A stretch of DNA of 63,880 bases, counting the filler, from Candidatus Hydrogenedentota bacterium (GTDB taxonomy: Bacteria > JBFMHD01), in NCBI GenBank assembly GCA_040752395.1. It is 6 parts of 6 records of this genome, joined end to end, with 100 filler letters (N's around TTAATTAATTAA, not from the genome) between each part and the next. Parts side by side here need not be neighbours in the genome. Positions count along the whole stretch, not along the records: positions 22,606 to 31,288 come from JBFMHD010000120.1; positions 31,389 to 39,738 come from JBFMHD010000121.1; 4 more parts are not named here. One strand, written 5' to 3'. The notes under the pieces were generated by a model that was not told the DNA's origin, made no database searches, and saw only the letters and a list, made by a program, of their open reading frames with translations. A program made the position numbers and the translations under genes. How positions within the stretch are numbered: position 1 is the stretch's first letter; every line of letters begins with the position of its first letter. Positions 22,506-33,739 of the stretch are shown piece by piece.

Positions 22506-22605
22506 NNNNNNNNNNNNNNNNNNNNNNNNNNNNNNNNNNNNNNNNNNNNTTAATTAATTAANNNNNNNNNNNNNNNNNNNNNNNNNNNNNNNNNNNNNNN
22601 NNNNN
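22506..22605. other. Artificial contig linker
   Basis: 100-bp N run with central TTAATTAATTAA; the same linker occurs five times. Confidence 0.98.
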
Positions 22606-22856
22606 CCCTAACCCCTAACCGCCGCCCCCTAATATACCCCATCCCCTAATATCCTTTGTGCCTCTGTGCCTCTGCGCCTTTAATTTCAATTTCCAATCTC
22701 CAATTTACAATTCGAAATTCAAAAGAATTTCGAATATCTTGCTTCTTAATCCCACCTATAACTGATGGAAAACCTTTTTTTAATAAAAAATGCTTGACAG
22801 AGATACGAAATAAAAACAAAATATGCAAGTTTTTGTAAAAAAAGGTTTTATATTCT

Positions 22857-24428
22857 ATGCAGAGTAAAACAAATGTTCTTACAGCTGAAGATATGGCTTT
22901 GATGCAACGAGAGATATCTGTCTCTGAGTTTTTTGCTAAAAACAGACACCTTCTTGGTTTTGATAATCCGCAAAAAGCATTACTTATGGCAGTGAAAGAG
23001 GCATGTGATAACTCGCTTGATGCCTGCGAAGAAGCAAGGATTCTCCCTGAACTATATATTGAAATAAAGCAACTTGGAGAAGATAGATTTATAGTCTCAG
23101 TTGAGGATAATGGTCCTGGTATAGTTAGAGATGCTATCCCGAATATATTTGGTAAACTCTTATATGGTTCAAAATTTCATGCGATGAAACAGACACGCGG
23201 GCAACAAGGCATCGGCATCTCATCAGCTGCATTATACGGTCAACTGACAACAGGGAAACCAATTAAAATAATATCAAAGACTCGTAAAGATAAGCCTGCA
23301 CATTATTTTGAGATACACATTGATACAAATAAAAACAGACCTGAGATAATAAAAGATGAAGTAGTTTCATGGAAAAAAGAGCATGGTACCAGAGTCGAGA
23401 TCGAGCTCGAGGGAAAATTTTATCGTGGTAAACATTCCATAGATAATTATCTGCGTCAGACAGCTATTTCTAATCCGCACGTAAAAATTACATACCAACC
23501 ACCTGATACTGAGGAATTAGTTGTATATAAAAGAAGCGTTCAGGAGTTACCAGTTGAACCGTTGTCCATTAAACCTCATCCACATGGCATAGAACTCGGA
23601 ATGCTTATCTCTATGGCAAAAAACAGTTCTTCAGGATATTTAAAAAGATTTCTACAAACTGATTTTTCTCGTGTCTCAACTAAAATCGCTGAAGAGATAG
23701 CAAGAAGGGCTAATATTGATAGTAAAAAGAAACTATCGTCTATAACAAGGGACGATTTCGATGCTCTTTATAGAGCTATTAATCTTACTAAAATTATGAA
23801 CCCCGCAACAAATTGTTTATCACAGATTGGAGAAGAGGGGATACTTAAAGGGTTAAAAGCTGTTATAGAAGCTGATTTTTATTCTGCTGTATCAAGAAGC
23901 CCTGCAGTATATCGTGGTAACCCGTTTATTATTGAAGCAGGGATTGCCTATGGTGGAAAGCAGCCACTTGAAGAACCTGCTGAATTATTAAGGTTTGCAA
24001 ACCGTGCACCATTACTCTATCAGCAGTCAGGTTGCGCTATAACAGAGGCTGTGATAAATACCTCATGGAGAAATTATAATCTTGCTCAGCCAAAAGATGC
24101 TATGCCCATAGGACCTTTGACAATTCTTGTCCATATGGCAAGCATCTGGGTACCGTTTACTTCTGAATCAAAAGAATCCATAGCTCATTATCCTGAAATA
24201 ATAAAGGAAGTTAAACTTGCGCTGCAGGAGTGTGGAAGAAAGGTTGGTTTACATATTCGAAAAAAGATTCGTCAGGCTGATGAAACAAAAAAACGGTCAT
24301 ACATAGAAAGATATATACCACAGATTGTAATAGGATTAAAAGAGATATTAAATTTAAAAGAAAAAGAAACGAATAAAACAACGAAAAATCTCTATGTAAT
24401 ACTTGAAAAAACAAGGAGAAGATATTGA
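22857..24428 (+). CDS. top6B: DNA topoisomerase VI subunit B
   Basis: ISVSEFFAKN, KEACDNSLDA, EDNGPGI, GSKF..QTRGQQGIG GHKL motifs, RFANRAPL, PFTSESKE. Confidence 0.95.
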   Translation: MQSKTNVLTAEDMALMQREISVSEFFAKNRHLLGFDNPQKALLMAVKEACDNSLDACEEARILPELYIEIKQLGEDRFIVSVEDNGPGIVRDAIPNIFGKLLYGSKFHAMKQTRGQQGIGISSAALYGQLTTGKPIKIISKTRKDKPAHYFEIHIDTNKNRPEIIKDEVVSWKKEHGTRVEIELEGKFYRGKHSIDNYLRQTAISNPHVKITYQPPDTEELVVYKRSVQELPVEPLSIKPHPHGIELGMLISMAKNSSSGYLKRFLQTDFSRVSTKIAEEIARRANIDSKKKLSSITRDDFDALYRAINLTKIMNPATNCLSQIGEEGILKGLKAVIEADFYSAVSRSPAVYRGNPFIIEAGIAYGGKQPLEEPAELLRFANRAPLLYQQSGCAITEAVINTSWRNYNLAQPKDAMPIGPLTILVHMASIWVPFTSESKESIAHYPEIIKEVKLALQECGRKVGLHIRKKIRQADETKKRSYIERYIPQIVIGLKEILNLKEKETNKTTKNLYVILEKTRRRY

Positions 24429-25540
24429 AAAGATCAAATGTTATAAAAGATGTTAATCCTGTAAAATATATAAGAGAGACTGCAAACAGCATATATAGTG
24501 CAATACAAAAAATAAAGAAACCAGAACTCTCTTTTCCTATAAGGGCATTAAATAATGTAAGATATGATGATAAGCGTGGCTATTTTGAGATAGACGACAA
24601 AAAGAAGTTGCGAACTTTAACGGTTTTAACTGTCAAATCATTTGCTCAAGTTTTAAGAATGATGTCGCTATCAAAAGAGCTTGTTAATACCAATGATTTT
24701 GCAACAAAACGGGATGTGTATTACCAATCCAAAAACTGGGAGGATGCAAAATTTGATGAACAACCTGAATCTGATGAGGTAATGGATGACATTGAAGCAT
24801 TGTTTTCCAGCTATGGTGTAAATCGTGAACAACTGCGGTTTTATCCTGAGGAAAAAGGGGGCGATGTTGCAGGGAAATTAATTGTTATAGATTATGACAG
24901 AGAGACAGGTAAAAAGATAAGGATCGATTGCACGGGGTTTGGTAGCGGAGCATACTCAGTACCTTCAAGTGTTGAGCAACTTAGATTTGAGACAAAGGCA
25001 GAATTTATTCTTGCGATAGAGACAGGTGGTATGTTCCAGCGGTTAGCAAGCCATAAATTCTGGCAAAAAGCAAATTGCATATTAGTTTCAATGGGCGGCG
25101 TTCCCACAAGAGCCTGCCGCCGCTTTATACGAAGACTATCCGAGGAAACAAACATACCAGTGTACGCATTTGTAGATTGCGACCCATACGGAATAAGTAA
25201 TATATACCGCACACTTAAAGTAGGTTCGGGCAACGCTGCCCATATTAATAAGTTCTTCTGCGTACCGTGGGCGAGTTTTCTTGGTGTTACACCACAGGAT
25301 ATCATAGATTACAAACTGCCAACTCATCCATTAAAAGAGGTTGATATCAAACGAGGAAGAGACGCACTTAAAAATGACCCGTTTTTTATTTATCACAAAC
25401 CCTGGGCTGAAGCTATGGGGCAGTTACTTGATATGGGGGTTCGGGCAGAACAGCAGGCACTTGCGAAATGGGGGTTAAACTACGTTATCGATGAATACCT
25501 TCCACGCAAACTCAAAGCCATCTCGAAATTTCTGCCGTAA
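24425..25540 (+). CDS. top6A: DNA topoisomerase VI subunit A (Spo11-like)
   Basis: TKRDVYY catalytic Tyr, AIETGG and DCDPYG TOPRIM acidic motifs, AEQQAL; TTG start overlaps the top6B stop, AGGAG RBS. Confidence 0.93.
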   Translation: MKRSNVIKDVNPVKYIRETANSIYSAIQKIKKPELSFPIRALNNVRYDDKRGYFEIDDKKKLRTLTVLTVKSFAQVLRMMSLSKELVNTNDFATKRDVYYQSKNWEDAKFDEQPESDEVMDDIEALFSSYGVNREQLRFYPEEKGGDVAGKLIVIDYDRETGKKIRIDCTGFGSGAYSVPSSVEQLRFETKAEFILAIETGGMFQRLASHKFWQKANCILVSMGGVPTRACRRFIRRLSEETNIPVYAFVDCDPYGISNIYRTLKVGSGNAAHINKFFCVPWASFLGVTPQDIIDYKLPTHPLKEVDIKRGRDALKNDPFFIYHKPWAEAMGQLLDMGVRAEQQALAKWGLNYVIDEYLPRKLKAISKFLP

Positions 25541-25542
25541 GG

Positions 25543-26037
25543 TTAGTTCTCTTTATTGATTTTGTTTTCTAAAACACTTCTTAAAGATTCAAATCTCTTA
25601 ATATTTGATTCATCGAGTTCTTCAAGCTCTTTATGGGCTTTTAATATAAAACTTGCATCCTCTTTTTTTATATCCGAAGAGATTTCCATTATCTCTTCAA
25701 GTATAGCTTCAAACATTTGTTTTTCAAGGATAGAAGCAAACTTTGTAATCCCCATTGTTTTTAAAGTTTCATAAACATCTTTGCTGGTTTCAACGATAAT
25801 AAGATTCCTATTGAGCTGTTTAAATTTTTTTAATGCGTAAGCAATGATACCAACAAACGTGCTGTCAAGATATTCGCACTCACCAAGATTTAAATAGCAT
25901 TCTCTCCACTCTTTGAATGATAGGTCATCAATAAGGTTTCTAAAAACACGGGCATAATTCCATGTCCCGCGACCAACAATCTTTATGACAATATATCCGT
26001 TAGTTGAACCTATAAAAACCCTACAGGTATCCATCAC
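25543..26037 (-). CDS. STAS domain protein (anti-sigma factor antagonist-like)
   Basis: GRG, LGECEYLDSTFVG (DS motif), ILKAHKEL..N..F tail. Confidence 0.8.
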   Translation of the reverse strand: MMDTCRVFIGSTNGYIVIKIVGRGTWNYARVFRNLIDDLSFKEWRECYLNLGECEYLDSTFVGIIAYALKKFKQLNRNLIIVETSKDVYETLKTMGITKFASILEKQMFEAILEEIMEISSDIKKEDASFILKAHKELEELDESNIKRFESLRSVLENKINKEN

Positions 26038-26049
26038 TTCCTCTCGGTG

Positions 26050-28464
26050 CTAACCCTCACTCTCAATTTTATATATCGCTACACTTTTTGGTGAGATGAA
26101 AAAAGTGATACCTTCAGTTGTAGAAGATGTGGTTCCATCCGAGCCGTATAAGGGCTCAAGCGGAGCCTCAATTATCTCATCAAATATATCAGCTTTTAAA
26201 ACCACTTTGTTATCAGTTGTTTTTGAGTTATTGTACACTATCAGTAAATCATCATTAAAATAAGTTTTACGGATCACCCACAGCTCATTGCTTGAATATA
26301 TTTCCCGTATCACACCCCGTCTTAAAGCATCATGGTCTTTTCTTAAATGAAGCAGAGAAGCTACTTTTTCAAATGTTGCCTTCTGATATTTATCCCATTT
26401 ATCCTCAAAGAGCATCATTCTTCTATTATCTGGGTCAGCTGCACCTGTTAATCCTATCTCATCACCATAATATATCATTGGTATCCCATTTAATGTTAGT
26501 AAGAACCCGAATGCAAACTGGATTTTCTTATACATCGCTTCAGCTTTTTGTGGGTCGGTTTTATCAATCTGCGGCGGTTTTGTAAACGCAAGTTCTTTCT
26601 CTTTATTCGCATCAAAATTTTTATCAGCATAAGCAATGAATCTTGAAAAATCATGGTTTCCTAAGAGAGGGGATACTTGATAGATATTATATATTTTATT
26701 AGATAATAGATATTCCTCTCTTAATCTATCTAAGTCAATCTTTTCATAAGCAAAAAAATCACGGATAGACCAGTATAGCGGAAAATCAAATTGACTATCG
26801 AGTTTGGTGTATTTGATATATTGTTTGATTCGTTCTCTTGAATCTATAGTTTCACCAACCATAAAGAACCTTTTATTTTGCGGTATCTCAATCTCTCGAA
26901 CAATCTCTTTTCTTAAATCAATAAAAAAGTTTTCTGGTATATGTTTTACAGCGTCCACTCTGAACCCATCGATGTTAAATTCTTTTATCCACCATATTGC
27001 ATTCTCAACCATCATATTTTTTACCGCTTCTTTGTCATAATCAAACGATGGTATAAACTCGTCAAACCACGTTGTAAATGGATATTTATCAAATAATCTA
27101 AGGTTTTTGGTTCCGTCAGGAAGAAGTAAGGGAGTAAACCAGTCAGGATGCTCATTATAGATATCACTTTCTTTATGTATATGATTGAATACTATATCAA
27201 AAATAATTTTTATATTCTTGCTATGTGCTACGTCTATCAATGTTTTAAGGTCATCCTTTGAACCAAAATGTTCCTCAATCTCTGTTAAAGATTTGGGCCA
27301 GTAACCGTGGTAACTAGTAAACTTTCTATGAGGTGGTAGAGAATCTATATAAGCTCCTTCAACATTATCAATAACTGGTGAAATCCAGAGAACATCCACT
27401 CCTAATCTTGAGAAATAGCCTTCTTCTATCTTTTTAATTATACCTTTAAAATCACCACCCTGATAATTTGCGATCTCTGCAAGCTCTTCATCAATAACAG
27501 GGGTATCGTTCGCAGGATCATTATTGCAAAATCTATCTGTAAAAACAAAATATATAACTCTATCTCGCCAGTCAGGAAGATTAGTCTCTTTATATTCCTT
27601 AAATCTGTATTCGCCTATGGCACCATTATTATCAAAGACCCACAATTTTAAATCAATTTTATCAGCTGGCACTATCTTGATATGTATATAAAGATCATAT
27701 TTATCATCATCTATTCTATCTTCATATATTTTTATATACTCAAAAGGTTCGTTATTATAGAGTGCTTTAACATTTATATCTTCAGAACTAACATTTTCAA
27801 TTAAAAATATATATTCTATATTATTCTTATCCCTGATAATTCTTTTATAAGGAATGATTTTAAACTCTGCTATAGCACCTACTTCAATAACAGAATTAAA
27901 CCCGCCAAAGCCATCAGGTGATTTTAGTGTAGCGTTCGGGTCAGGCACCCATTGCGAGCCATCTATAACAAATTTATACGCATAACTACCAGCCGGTAAT
28001 TCCTTTGTTAGCTCATATATCCCATCGTTATTCTCATCTTTTAATAAATCAGCTTTATTATTCCAGGCATTAAATTCCCCGGCAACACTTACACTTGATA
28101 CAGGTTTACCCGGTGCGAACCTGAATAATACCACCTTTTTCTCTACACAATAAAAAGGTACAAAGAGGACCGCTTTATCATCTATTGAGTTTTTTAAAGT
28201 GCAACCAATTAGATAAAACCCAGTATTTTCACTTTTGATTTTTAAGTAGTCTCCATCTAAATTAATTTCACATTCGTTATCTAGTACCTCATCAATAACA
28301 AGCTCGTTTTTATCCGAGAGATTTATTACATAGTCTTTTAAATCTATGCTTTTTACAACATTTTTTTCAGCTTTTATTAATTCAGGCATATCAGTTAACA
28401 AAGTCTGAGCATTAAGACTTGAGAAAAAAATTAATACTACAAATAATAAAAACAAATTTTTCAT
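26050..28464 (-). CDS. Secreted GH13 alpha-amylase-family hydrolase with CBM48
   Basis: Signal peptide; VAGEFNAW..YKFVIDG..WVPDP (CBM48); YHGYW, DIVFNH, GFRVDAVKH, VGE, NHD. Confidence 0.9.
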   Translation of the reverse strand: MKNLFLLFVVLIFFSSLNAQTLLTDMPELIKAEKNVVKSIDLKDYVINLSDKNELVIDEVLDNECEINLDGDYLKIKSENTGFYLIGCTLKNSIDDKAVLFVPFYCVEKKVVLFRFAPGKPVSSVSVAGEFNAWNNKADLLKDENNDGIYELTKELPAGSYAYKFVIDGSQWVPDPNATLKSPDGFGGFNSVIEVGAIAEFKIIPYKRIIRDKNNIEYIFLIENVSSEDINVKALYNNEPFEYIKIYEDRIDDDKYDLYIHIKIVPADKIDLKLWVFDNNGAIGEYRFKEYKETNLPDWRDRVIYFVFTDRFCNNDPANDTPVIDEELAEIANYQGGDFKGIIKKIEEGYFSRLGVDVLWISPVIDNVEGAYIDSLPPHRKFTSYHGYWPKSLTEIEEHFGSKDDLKTLIDVAHSKNIKIIFDIVFNHIHKESDIYNEHPDWFTPLLLPDGTKNLRLFDKYPFTTWFDEFIPSFDYDKEAVKNMMVENAIWWIKEFNIDGFRVDAVKHIPENFFIDLRKEIVREIEIPQNKRFFMVGETIDSRERIKQYIKYTKLDSQFDFPLYWSIRDFFAYEKIDLDRLREEYLLSNKIYNIYQVSPLLGNHDFSRFIAYADKNFDANKEKELAFTKPPQIDKTDPQKAEAMYKKIQFAFGFLLTLNGIPMIYYGDEIGLTGAADPDNRRMMLFEDKWDKYQKATFEKVASLLHLRKDHDALRRGVIREIYSSNELWVIRKTYFNDDLLIVYNNSKTTDNKVVLKADIFDEIIEAPLEPLYGSDGTTSSTTEGITFFISPKSVAIYKIESEG

Positions 28465-28580
28465 ACCCGGAAACTCCTTTACCCCACACCAATTGTTACT
28501 ACATAATATTTTAGTTCATTATCACTTTTTTGTAAACTTTAAATTCTATATCAACAAGAAGTATGGGTGGGTTTACCCGC

Positions 28581-28841
28581 TTAATTTTTTTTTGTTTCAT
28601 CTGGTTTTGTACTAGGGGTTGTCTCTTGTTTTTCTTTTTTTAGTTTCTCTTTATAATCTTTAGAGCGATAATCTGTTATATAAAATCCGTTGCCTTTGAA
28701 TAAGAAGCCTCCACCACCGCTTATTAATCTTACAACCTTAGCTTTACATTTGGGACACCTTTTTAGAGGTTCATCTTTTATACTTTGAAATAACTCAAAA
28801 GAGTATTTACATTTCGTGCATTTATATTCATAAGTAGGCAT
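28581..28841 (-). CDS. FmdB-family zinc ribbon protein
   Basis: MPTYEYKC..C, CPKC, FKGNGFYITDY. Confidence 0.9.
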   Translation of the reverse strand: MPTYEYKCTKCKYSFELFQSIKDEPLKRCPKCKAKVVRLISGGGGFLFKGNGFYITDYRSKDYKEKLKKEKQETTPSTKPDETKKN

Positions 28842-28997
28842 AAAGATTAGTAAGGAAGTGTCTTAACCAGTTCTGCCATTTGATAATTGCTATGCCATAT
28901 TGCAATGGCAAATTATCCATCATCAGACACAGAGTAGCAAAGGCACAGAAAAGAAAAAGCGTTGTGCCTTTGTCCCTCTATGTCTTTGTGCCTCTAA

Positions 28998-30638
<1,641 letters not shown>

Positions 30639-30926
30639 TTATTCAACTATACCGAGAATATCTTCTTCTTTGAGTATCAGATATTCCTCATCATCGAGTT
30701 TAATCTCAGTCCCGGAATATTTGCCAAACAGAATCTTATCACCTTTCTTTACATCTATAGGGATAACTTTTCCGTTCTCATCCTTTTTACCAGGCCCTAC
30801 AGCAATGACCTCACCTTCCTGTGGTTTTTCTTTAGCAGTATCAGGTATAATAATACCGCCTTTTTTTACTTCTTTTTCTTCGAGCCTTTTTACAAGCACC
30901 CGATCACCTAAAGGTTTAATTTTCAT
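30639..30926 (-). CDS. groS: Co-chaperonin GroES
   Basis: [23 protein letters not shown]. Confidence 0.99.
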   Translation of the reverse strand: MKIKPLGDRVLVKRLEEKEVKKGGIIIPDTAKEKPQEGEVIAVGPGKKDENGKVIPIDVKKGDKILFGKYSGTEIKLDDEEYLILKEEDILGIVE

Positions 30927-31012
30927 CTTAATCCGACCCTCCTGTCTTTAAACTTATAAAATTTGTTTCAGCCACTTCGGGCTGTTATTCAACTTTAATT
31001 TGTAACTACACA

Positions 31013-31028
31013 AGCAATTAAAATGCCA
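31013..31028 (-). promoter_or_regulatory. Sigma54 (-24/-12) promoter of groES-groEL
   Basis: TGGCATTTTAATTGCT (GG-N10-GC); imperfect palindromes TGCCAATATGAC (31080) and GGACATTTTGAC (31111) further upstream. Confidence 0.6.
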
Positions 31029-31288
31029 TAATTTTATCTTCTAAATATTGAAATTATATCTAATAACCTATTTTTTAATTGCCAATATGACTATATACCT
31101 TATATATTATGGACATTTTGACAGCATTTTTTCTTGCTTTTATCAAGAAAAAAATATATAATTTTACCTCTACTTTTTTGAAGATAGTATAAGCGCGGTT
31201 TGCGCTCTACACTATTGGGTTATTGGGTTCTTGGGTTCTTGGGTTATTGCGTTTTTGCGTTGTACACAAAGGATGAAAAACTAAAGAT

Positions 31289-31388
31289 NNNNNNNNNNNN
31301 NNNNNNNNNNNNNNNNNNNNNNNNNNNNNNNNTTAATTAATTAANNNNNNNNNNNNNNNNNNNNNNNNNNNNNNNNNNNNNNNNNNNN
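31289..31388. other. Artificial contig linker
   Basis: N run with TTAATTAATTAA. Confidence 0.98.
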
Positions 31389-31508
31389 GTTTTTCATCCT
31401 TTGTGTAGAGCGCAAAAACGCAATAACCCAATAACCCAATAACCCAATAGTGTAGAGCGCAACCCGCGCTTATGGCTACTCCTCTGAAAAAGTTGATGAG
31501 TTCAGGAG

Positions 31509-32345
31509 TTAACCACCACTCTGGAATACAAGTAAATTCATTACATTACCTGGAAATAAATTTGCCTGAGCAAGATATGCTGTGGCAGTGTTAGATAAAA
31601 CCTGTAATAAAGAATAGTTAACAACTTCTTCAGCAATGTCAGCGTCCTCTATATAACTGCGTGCGGTATCATAATAGAGCTCCATATCACTTAAAAAATT
31701 TATCGCATAGGTTAATCTATTCTGCACCACACCTGTAACACCCTGTCTTGCTTCAACTAATGAGAGAGCTTCATCAACATCATTAATAGCGAGTGAAGCA
31801 GCTGCTGCTGTTGATACACTGATGTTGGCTACCCCAATCGCCTCTGTTCTTGTATCCTCCATCCCAAACCTGATGATATCACCCTTATTTGCTCCGACAA
31901 GGAAAGACAAACTGTTAACAAGATTACCATTTAACAACTTGATATCATTAAAATCTGTGTTTGATGCTACTCTGTCAATCTCCTCAAGTAATTCCTGAAC
32001 TTGATTGTTTAAAGTATTTCTGTCAAGAGAAGTATTGGTATCATTAGCTGATTGCACGGCGAGTGCTCTTATTTCCTGAAGAATATCAACTATATCACCG
32101 AGCGCACCATCAGTGAGCTGGACAAGACTGTAGCCTTCTTGAGCGTTTGTAGTAGCTGTCTGGATACCTTTAATCATTACTTTGAATTTGTTGCTTATTA
32201 CAAGACCCGCGGGATCATCACCAGCTCGGTTGATTCGAAGACCCGATGTCAAACGCTCTAATGTTGTTGCATAGTCAGCTGTAATATTCCTTAAGTTTCG
32301 AAGCCCAATTAACGCAGGAATGTTTGTACGTAATCTGATTACCAT
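31509..32345 (-). CDS. fliC: Short flagellin (D0/D1 only)
   Basis: TNI..ERLTSGLRINRAGDDPAGL, LAVQSANDT, EIDRVASNTDFN, IEDADIAEE, LAQAN; 278 aa. Confidence 0.9.
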   Translation of the reverse strand: MVIRLRTNIPALIGLRNLRNITADYATTLERLTSGLRINRAGDDPAGLVISNKFKVMIKGIQTATTNAQEGYSLVQLTDGALGDIVDILQEIRALAVQSANDTNTSLDRNTLNNQVQELLEEIDRVASNTDFNDIKLLNGNLVNSLSFLVGANKGDIIRFGMEDTRTEAIGVANISVSTAAAASLAINDVDEALSLVEARQGVTGVVQNRLTYAINFLSDMELYYDTARSYIEDADIAEEVVNYSLLQVLSNTATAYLAQANLFPGNVMNLLVFQSGG

Positions 32346-32515
32346 GTGGTTTCACCCTCCCTGGTTTGTGAAAGCTTGGTTCCTTATCTTTTTTTAAGAT
32401 TTGCAGATAGCACAGTTACTGCAAATAATCACTCATCTTATGTGACTTCCGTGTCATTATTATTTTTATTTTGCCTTCCCTGGCAAAGTTATGTAAGATT
32501 AAAAGCTTCCACGTA
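32346..32515 (-). promoter_or_regulatory. Flagellin leader with CsrA-type GGA hairpins
   Basis: Minus strand: TTTGCC-AGGGAA-GGCAAA (32470-32487), TGAC-ACGGAA-GTCA (32443-32456), and TTTCAC..AGGGAGG..GTGAAA over the RBS (32350-32373). Confidence 0.6.
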
Positions 32516-32550
32516 TATATTTTTCACTCACCTGCATTCACTCACTTAAT

Positions 32551-32666
32551 AAGGCAATGCCTTAAGCCATTTCGCCATTTGGTAGCTGCTATACCATACT
32601 GCAAAACTGAACTCTTTTCGCAAAAAGCAGAAACCTTGTTGCCAAAGAGACGGATGAGGCAGTGCC
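32551..32666. repeat. Dispersed element bounded by GGCA(G/A)TGCC palindromes
   Basis: Homologous to 51856-51983; degenerate partial copy at 28851-28905. Confidence 0.65.
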
Positions 32667-33060
32667 GCAAAAGCTATTCTTTCCCTACATAGACTGCTGA
32701 GCCACGTAGAATGAGCTAATCAGCTACCTAAAAAACGTTAACCCTTATTGACAAAGAGTTTAGGATATATCTTTTTTTATACCGATATCACTTTCTATGT
32801 AAAGGATTTAAAATAAAAAATGAGGACACCAATAACATCCTCATTTTCGGTAATTTTTCTATAGAACCACCTCCTTTTGCTCTTCTGTAATTCCTTTGTT
32901 AATGATTATATTTAAAAAGTCTTATTTGTCAAGACCAAAAATACAACTTTTTTGTAAAGCCTCGGTTAGCGGTGGATTTCGGGCTTCAGACTACGGGCTA
33001 CAGCCAGAATACTGCACTACCCCACCCCTAAGTGACCGATTGCAATTTTCGTATCCCCTC

Positions 33061-33151
33061 AGAACGTGTGAAATAATCATCATTAATACCGGGTAACTCT
33101 TTTATTATCAGCCCCTGTTTTCTGAAAAAGTCTAATTTTTTCACAGGTTCT
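33061..33151. mobile_element. MITE family 1, reversed copy
   Basis: AGAACGTGTGAAA..TTTCACAGGTTCT, reverse complement of 18797-18888. Confidence 0.65.
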
Positions 33152-33162
33152 GAGGGAATACT

Positions 33163-33331
33163 TTATTTCATTTCAATATAATCTTCAAGTGATATGCCAC
33201 TTTTCTTGATAAGACCGCGAAGTAATCCCGGGGCCAATTCTTTATGATTCAGTATTGAAAGCCTCGGCATACCCGAATTTTTGGAATATATTTACTGCTT
33301 TTTTACCGGAAATGTTTGAAAGAACGCCCAT
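33163..33331 (-). pseudogene. hicA: HicA-family toxin pseudogene
   Basis: MGVLSNISGKKAVNIFQKFGY, then a frameshift/deletion that removes the GSH motif, then PRLSILNHKELAPGLLRGLIKKSGIS. Confidence 0.7.
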
Positions 33332-33549
33332 CTAAACCGAAACCTCACCCATAAATATTTCTTTTAAAACCGGTATATTCATTCTCTTGGTTTTTTTTCA
33401 GTATGCAGTCAGCCTTTAATAGCGTCCCTTATATTTTCGAGAGCTTCATCAATGGTTTTTCCCTGGCTCATGCACCCAACAAGCTCCGGAACATCGACAA
33501 CATATCCCTTATATTCTTCATCATACATTATCAATACTTTATAATTCAT
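33332..33549 (-). pseudogene. hicB: HicB-family antitoxin pseudogene
   Basis: YVVDVPELVGCMSQGKTIDEALENIRDAIKG, in-frame TGA at 33409-33411, and a frameshift near the A-run before the C-terminus. Confidence 0.75.
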
Positions 33550-33739
33550 AAATCCTTCCAAATTCTTTAACACCATTGGCATTAGTGTTTGGTGATAGAT
33601 TATGTTCGGTTATCCAAGAGCTAAAAAATGGTCATCAGTTCTTCATCTCTTCAGCACTATCTTCTTGCTTCTTGCCTCTTGCGTTGTCTTTCTTTTCCGT
33701 TATCTTGCTTCTTGCTTCTTGCCTCTTGCTTCTATAATA

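Noticed and set aside
32346-32900. c-di-GMP riboswitch or sigma28 promoter for the flagellin
   Set aside because: No recognisable GEMM core. The best CCGATA match (32781) is on the wrong strand.
33409-33411. In-frame TGA in hicB as evidence of an alternative genetic code
   Set aside because: TGA ends intact genes such as top6B and rpsG, long ORFs are uninterrupted under code 11, and this locus has other lesions.
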